Of a stretch of DNA of 64,000 nucleotides, positions 55,428 through 64,000 are shown piece by piece; the first letter of the stretch is position 1, and every line of letters begins with the position of its first letter. The translations under genes were made by a program, and so were the position numbers. Source of the stretch: Eledone cirrhosa. Its lineage: Eukaryota. The notes under the pieces were generated by a model. It saw only the letters and a program-made list of their open reading frames with translations, was not told where the DNA came from and ran no database searches. The stretch lies in assembly GCA_964016885.1 (NCBI GenBank), contig OZ024755.1, forward strand, positions 7,750,001 through 7,814,000, in the 5' to 3' direction.

Positions 55428-56025
55428 GATATAAAATCTCTATATGTGAATATATTTCCTATTGATTTCTTCGTCAGATAATGCTTCAATCTGCGTTAAT
55501 GTCTCGATATATTTTAAACACCTATACATTCCTATAGACATAGATATATATGTGTATGTATATGTATAAATGTGCGTATACTTATATATCTGCGCGTTTG
55601 TATATGCTGTATATATATATATATACATTGTATAGATATACATATATATATCTGTGTTTTTATTGGTGTTTAAGATATGGTGTGCCCATGTATAAATGGC
55701 GGCTAAATATGGAACTAGAATGTGCAAGCTTGTTTTAGAAAATAACTGCACGTTTCATTTATTCACATGATTATTATATATATTCATATTGCCTTACTTC
55801 CTCTCCCCTTACCCTTTTTTTTCCCCCATATACTGTTTGTTTGTTTTTGTGTGATATTTTTGCCATATAATTTCCTGTTGTTTTTTGTTTCATATTTCCT
55901 TCAATATCTGGTCTGGAATTGATTTACAATAAAACACGTCTACCAGTTATAAAAAATCACTTCTGCAGGAAAATGGTTTCCACTGACCGCAAAGAGTGTG
56001 TGTGTGTGTATGTATATATACATAC

Positions 56026-56103
<78 letters not shown>

Positions 56104-56227
56104 ATATATATATATATTAATGCATGTATGTGTTATATTTGTATATGGACGAATGGATTAGCATTTACGGTCGAAAGAAACCATTTGCTTAAAAAACTGA
56201 ATAAAATATATATATATATATATATAG

Positions 56228-56280
<53 letters not shown>

Positions 56281-56981
56281 TTTATGTATTTACATACAGC
56301 CATAAATCAATATAAATATATGACTTGTTGTCATTATCTTTTAAAATATTTGCAAGTGATTGGAAATAATTCAACAGAAAACGTACTTCAATTGATTTGT
56401 ATGAAATAGCTTCCGATAAATATATTAACTCGTCCAAAAAATGGTAAAATCTTGATAAGAATGATGGTGGTGGTGGTGGTGGTAACTATGTAGTTATGTT
56501 TTTAGGGGGTAGTTGTTACGTTTTAGTGGTACGTGTTGATAGTGTTTGTGTTATTGGGAGCGTGTGTCCCAGTATTTATTGTGGTGGTGTTGGGTTTTTT
56601 TGTTTTGTTATTTGGGAGATGGTTGTTGTTTAATTCCCAGGTTCGTTCACCGTCAAACATGTTCCAGTCAGGACTAATTCCTATTTTAAAACAAGATATC
56701 GCACGATTTAAAGACAGTTTTGGTTGCAATTCCCAGCAGATTCAATGAACAACATAACGACTCTCCCTTCAGCTTGTATCGCTGAAGGTGAAACTAACCG
56801 TATTGGCTGTGGTGATTCTATGCAAATATAGGTGTACTAGTAATGTACTTACTTAAGTTTGCTATTTAGCCGTAGGTAAAACCAAGTTATATATACAAAG
56901 TCATTCCAAAAATGAATAACTTTCTTTCTTTTTGCTCTAGACCTACATAATCTGTTATGTATTTCCCATCTTAATATATTA

Positions 56982-57295
56982 GGGTAGGATTGTCAGTATC
57001 GCTAAACCATCGAACAACATAGTTAGCAGCATAGTATTACGACCCTTTACGTTCTGAGTTAAAATCTTACCATTCCCCTTCAAATTGCTGGCCTTGTGCC
57101 TAAAGTAGAAATAATAATAATTGTTTCTACTTTTGGTACAAGGTCAGCAATTACCCAGTATATTACTGGTACTTTACTTTATCGACTCCGTAAGGATTAA
57201 AGGCAAAGTTAACTTCGATGGTATTTGAACTCAGACCGTAAAGGGGCGTAACTATGCTAGGAAGCATGGCGTCCAACCCTCTACCGATACTGCCA
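56982..57295. mobile_element. Tail-to-tail pair of Deu/Nin SINEs (56982-57113 +, internally deleted; 57118-57295 -)
   Basis: ...tgcctaaagtagaaataataataattgtttctacttttggtacaagg... Confidence 0.85.
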
Positions 57296-57436
57296 GAATA
57301 ATAATTGTTATTATTATTGATAGCAATAATAATAATAACCACCTATACTAGGTTATATAGAAGAGACATCAATATTTCTAATCTAACAATATCCAGGCAA
57401 TTTGTGTAATAGAATTCTCGTTCCGAAACAGTTTTA

Positions 57437-57602
<166 letters not shown>

Positions 57603-57765
57603 GGGTGGAGGGTTGCTTGGTGGCTCACTTGGCGGCTTGCTCAATGCATTCAGCTAATTCGGAAGTGGTGAGGGGCTGGGATTGTTGAAGTTGGACTGGG
57701 TTGGTTCGGTGAATTTGGCAGAGCCATATAAATAATTCAATTGTACGTCGCTGGAAGATGATATA

Positions 57766-57879
<114 letters not shown>

Positions 57880-58047
57880 TACATATATACATACATATAT
57901 GCATATAGGACAGCAATTTAAGTCAAGCATTTATTCATTTACATATTTTATTCAGTAACAGTTGCTTTCTTTTCATCGTTCTGTATGACCAGCGGTCAGT
58001 TGATATTGTACAATGGATTTATCAAGAAGGAGAAAGAAAGAGAGTAA

Positions 58048-58200
58048 GAAAGAAGAAGAAGAAGAAGAAGAAGAAGAAGAAGAAGAAGAAGAAGAAGAAG
58101 AAGAAGAAGAAGAAGAAGAAGAAGAAGAAGAAGAAGAAGAAGAAGAAGAAGAAGAAGAAGAAGAAGAAGAAGAAGAAGAAGAAGAAGAAGAAGAAGAAGA
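58048..58200. repeat. (GAA)n microsatellite, ~50 units
   Basis: Pure run; source of the poly-E/S/L ORFs. Confidence 0.95.
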
Positions 58201-58457
58201 GGAGCTAGGCGTGAAAAGTTGGAGTCGTCTGTCTGGCAGCGAATACGGAAGCCATTTCTTAGTGACCATGTTTGACATAGACTAGTATCACATACGTCTG
58301 AGAGAGAGAGAGAGAGAGAGAGGGTGAGAGAGAGAGAGAGAGGGGGAGAGGGAGATGGGGGAGAGAGAGACAGAGAGAGAGAGAGGAGGTGGATTACTGT
58401 CCACTTCATTTATGCAATGCATGACTTATATCCATCATCTGCCCGTTTTCCTAATGC

Positions 58458-58539
<82 letters not shown>

Positions 58540-58557
58540 GTATGTATTATATGTACA

Positions 58558-58613
<56 letters not shown>

Positions 58614-59272
58614 CTTATGTATATGTATATATATATGCGTGTGTGTATATATATGTGTGCATGTGTGCATCTGTGTGTGTGTGTGTGTGCTTGTGTTTAA
58701 TCGAATGTGAGCATGTAATATAGATCCAAACACAAACACAAACACACCCGCATACATACACACACACAGAAAATGCACATATACACACATACACATCTGT
58801 CCATATATACACATCCATACATACACGCACACACAGGCAGACACACATACATACACATACACTCACACACATACACATGTTTACAAGATGGTGTTTGCAT
58901 AGCAAGCTAAATACGTAAATATGTATAGAAGCTCAATTTTAACGTTGTTTCCTTGAATTTTGGTAATCACCGCTGGCGAGTGTCAGACGTGAGTATGATA
59001 CCTTCGGGCTTCCATAGACCCACATCACTGTTACATATTCATTACATCACATGTACACGCTACAAACACACACATGTAAACACTCATACACACAGACAGA
59101 TATCTGTGGTGCTTATGAAGTTATGGATGTATAAGCTACACATGCATAAGTTGGTGTAAATACATCTATAAGTAGAGATTTGGTGAGTCTGTGTGTATGT
59201 GTGTGTATGCTATACATGTGTATACGTATTATATATATATACATACATATATATATGTATATATATAAATAT

Positions 59273-59313
<41 letters not shown>

Positions 59314-59399
59314 TACATCAATTTATATACATATATATACGTATATATATCGATACAATTATATATATATTTACATGCAGTAGAAATCGAATTTAAAGA

Positions 59400-59760
59400 A
59401 TAGTTATATCTATATAGTATAATTTTATATCAATATATATCTATATATGTCTGTTTTATATCTCTATATATCTATATGGCATAGTTTTATATCGATATAT
59501 ATCTGTTTTATATCAATATATATCTATATGTAATAGTTTTATATCGATATATATCTATATATTATGGTTTTATATCGATATATATCTGTTTTATATCAAT
59601 ATATATCTATGTTGAAGTTTTATATCGATATATATATCTATATATTATAGTTTTATATCGATATATATCTGTTTTATATCAATATATATCTATATGTTTT
59701 AGTTTTATATCTATATATATATATATATATATATATGTTTTATATCGATATATATATATA
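59400..59760. repeat. AT-rich minisatellite (gttttatatcgatatatatct units)
   Basis: Tandem ~21-24 bp subunits, alternating atcgat/atcaat. Confidence 0.88.
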
Positions 59761-60154
59761 TATGTTATATTTAATTGTTTTCTATGTTCATTTATTCAGC
59801 TGTTTACGTTCGACCAAGCAGAACATATTGTAGAAATTGCAGTTATTTGCCATACACTTCCAGATATATTCATTTAATCATCTATCAATCGATTTATTTA
59901 TCTATATATCTATCAATTCATCAATCAGTTTATATTCTTTTGCATATCTCTTTTCTTTCTTTCTCTCTGTTTATCTGTATATCCATCTATCTATCTATGT
60001 ATATCACAGGCTATATCTATCTATCTATCTATCTATATATATATACATACACACATATATATATATACGTTTGTGTGTGTATGTGATTATATATATATTT
60101 TCAAACTATATGCTTACATATGTATAAGCATCTCTCCCTCTTTCTATGTATATG

Positions 60155-60219
<65 letters not shown>

Positions 60220-60233
60220 TTATTCTATATATA

Positions 60234-60407
<174 letters not shown>

Positions 60408-60609
60408 GATATCTAACTATCTAGCCATTAATCTCTGTATTTATCCATTTATCTTATTTATTGTTTCGCTCAACCATTTCTTCCATTCTTTATTTATCCA
60501 TATTTAGAGACAAAGCAGTCAGGGATTAAAAGAAAGAAACAAACAAATATGTGTATATGAATAATTGATTAGTTGAAGCATATATTTGAATCTTTAGCTT
60601 ATATGAACA

Positions 60610-60691
<82 letters not shown>

Positions 60692-60722
60692 CACACACAC
60701 ATATATATATATATATATATTA

Positions 60723-60809
<87 letters not shown>

Positions 60810-61735
60810 TCTATAAACTGACGAAAAACAGAATTTAAAAAGAGACCTTTTTAGAAACATTTATAACAGATGAGACCGTAATAGAAAACAGAGAGTAATA
60901 TATTTTGATATTAGTGGAGGGCGGGAAATTTGGTCAAATACGATAGTGACGAGGGAAATATTGAAGATATATATTTTGAATTAAGGAGAAAGATAGTTTA
61001 TGATTTAAAACACCGAGCCAGCATTCTCGTGTTTCAATTTAGTTGTGATTTCTTGCTATTCAGATCAATTTTCAGATGAAAAACTACTTAATAGATTTCC
61101 ATTAACAAAGATACTAGGACAACGAATGGGAGCGAATGAAGAGAAACTGGTGGAGAAATGTTTGCACCGTACTGACCTTTCCTGCTGTTTTGGAATGTTT
61201 ATTGTATCAACATGACATAACCAGCTAATTCTTATGATCTACAGTTGCCAATGAGCAGTTAGTTATCAAGAAAAGATAGAAGTTATCATCTATTCCCATT
61301 TTTTTTTTTACGCTCGTTCTTGCCAGTCATCGGTAGCTCTCTTCTATATTATATCGCCCCTGCTTAGCTGAAGACGACCTTTGCTCCTTCTGTTATGATC
61401 ATAACTCATTGAGATACAACAGGAGGTTCTCGTTTACTACAGTGAATCTTACTCACAACTGATGTTTTCCCCCCGGCACATGTGAGGATCAATATCGGAG
61501 TCGATTACAGAAAGAACGCCAATGATTTTAACCCATTCCCTAGCATATTTCTAATGAAAGACACTCCCTATGATTTCCAAATCAGTTAGAAAATCAATAA
61601 CAGTGTGAAGTGATTTAGTAATATAACTGACTTGCTCATCATAAAGCTGGTGTTTGTAATACGAAAAACATTGCCTATGATGTTCAAATCATTTTGAAAC
61701 TCATCAAGAAATTTGAATATAAGTAACATTCTCAT

Positions 61736-62067
61736 ATTGGCAGTATAAGTAGAGGGTCAGACGACATACTTTGCAGCATAGAGTTATGGCCCTTTATGGT
61801 CTGAGTTCAAATCCCGCCGAGGTTAACTTTGCCTTACAGGGTCGATAAAATAAAGTACCAGTAATGCACTGGGATAATTGCTGGCATTGTGCCAAAAGTA
61901 GAAACAATTATTATGGGCGTGGATTGCTAGTATCGGAAGAGAGTCGGATACCATGCTTTGCAGCATAGAGTTACGGCCCTTTATTATCTGAGTTCAAATC
62001 CCGCCGAGGTTAACTTTGCCTTTCATCCTTACGGGGTCGATAAAATAAAACACCAGTGATGCACTGG
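61736..62067 (+). mobile_element. Tandem pair of Deu/Nin SINEs (61736-61910; 61915-62067)
   Basis: Both contain gagttcaaatcccgccgaggttaactttgcc...gtcgataaaataaa. Confidence 0.88.
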
Positions 62068-62478
62068 AAAGTTGTTTGGAACATAAAGGTTCTAACAAAA
62101 TTATGAGGTACGGATTTTAGATAAATATAAACAGTTTTAACCAGTTTTGTATCGTAGAATTAAGGACAGTTATCACGAGGATGTATTCGTTAAAAAATAA
62201 TAAGATTTGACTTCTGTAGCACACCTACAGATTATCAGCTATATACACATGTCTTGTAGCAAAGTTTGGAAGCCTCACTATTATCCGATGAAAGACCTAT
62301 GTTCGAAACTTTCCATTTCTCTGAGACTGAATTTGATAATAAGAACATTCTTCGTATTAATTCTTCGTTTTGTTATTTTCATGATATTGATTTCATGTGT
62401 ATACTATGTCTGTCTGTTTATCTGACTCTCTGTCTATTTGTCTGTCTGTATGTATGTGTGTGTGTGAGTGTGTTGTGG

Positions 62479-62579
<101 letters not shown>

Positions 62580-62602
62580 CATATATATACACATATATAT
62601 AT

Positions 62603-62702
<100 letters not shown>

Positions 62703-62933
62703 ATATATATATATAATGTGTGTGTGTGTATATATATATGTGTATATATATGTATATATATATATGTATATATATGTATATATATATATGTATATATATA
62801 TATGTATATATACATATATATATGTATATATATATACATATATATATGTTTGTGTCTGTGTGAGTGTCTGTGTATGCATGTGTGTGTGGTTATGTATTTA
62901 TATGTATTTACATATATATATATATATATAAAT

Positions 62934-62987
<54 letters not shown>

Positions 62988-63718
62988 GCATATATATATA
63001 CAGTATATATATATATATATATTATTGTCCGAAGACTTGCGAGATAAAAAAATTATAATAACTAAAAGCAAAGTGTTATTTTAGAAAAGTACTGTTGATA
63101 GTTTTTGAAAAGGTGTTTTAGGACAAATAAAAATCACTATAAAAAACACGTTATAGTTTGCTTTTTACATTTTTGACATCTATGGCATTGAAGTAAGTGA
63201 AAATTGCTGAATTTATTCCCCAAGAGAAACCATATTCTATTGAATATGTGGATGCAGTAACTAATGGTATTTTGAATTGTATCTTTCAGTCTCACATTGA
63301 CAGATTGATATAACTATCTATGGGATATTATGGCAGATTTACTAAATCTTGCAAATTTTCCTCTATATTTTTTTTTGTCTACGACTTATAGATTTTTTGC
63401 TTTATTTAATTTCGTTTTATTTCCATAAAGAATTTTTTTTTCGTGTTCGTGTTTATGTTTGTGTAAATGTTTGATTCTAGCCATTTTTAACTGATGTAAT
63501 TTTTTTTTTTATTATTATTATCATTATTATTGTTATTATTATTATTATTATTTTTATTATTGTTGTTGCTGTTGCTGTTGTTGTTGTTGTTGTTGTCGTC
63601 ATTGTCGTATACTTATATTTTTCCATTGTTTTTTTCTTCTTCTTTGTTCATAAGTATTGTTGTTGTCTAACTTTTTTCAAAAGAACGGTCTCTCTCTCTC
63701 TCTCTCCTCCTCTCACTG

Positions 63719-63834
<116 letters not shown>

Positions 63835-64000
63835 ACTCATAATACCTATATGTATAGGTGCGCATACACACACAGACACACAAATTCACACACACTCATA
63901 TATGTGTATATTTACACAAACACATATACACATACACATATACATATATATATATATTTACACACATACACATATATATATATGTGTGTATGTATATATA

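Noticed and set aside
55440-55485. Minus-strand CTGACGA...GAAA
   Set aside because: Stems I and II do not pair.

Overview
Repeat-saturated, AT-rich eukaryotic DNA. The SINE families look like those of octopus/cephalopods (inference from recalled sequence). No host protein-coding exon could be supported; almost all ORFs in the track are (TA)n/(GA)n/(GATA)n artefacts. The only intact genes belong to one full-length ~5.8 kb Tx1-clade non-LTR retrotransposon on the minus strand (5491-11290; ORF1 with a CCHC knuckle, ORF2 with APE endonuclease, RT and CCHC finger). It sits in a (GATA)n microsatellite, next to a 5'-truncated, diverged relative that is also flanked by GATA repeats, which suggests a (GATA)n/(TATC)n-targeting family with conserved 3'UTR hairpins. 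The (TA)n tracts hold about six families of short non-coding elements with one end in (TA)n and, in most copies, a fold-back (palindromic) other end. Four of these families carry recognisable type I hammerhead ribozyme folds, including a U3-A8/U3-G8 core variant with a long stem II and a U-U variant at the base of stem II; this matches Penelope-like pLTR relics. Also present: about a dozen Deu/Nin-domain tRNA SINEs (several in inverted pairs), CORE/V-type SINEs, small MITEs, a ~380 bp inverted-repeat element carrying two convergent tRNA-like Pol III units, old RT relics, minisatellites and long microsatellites.
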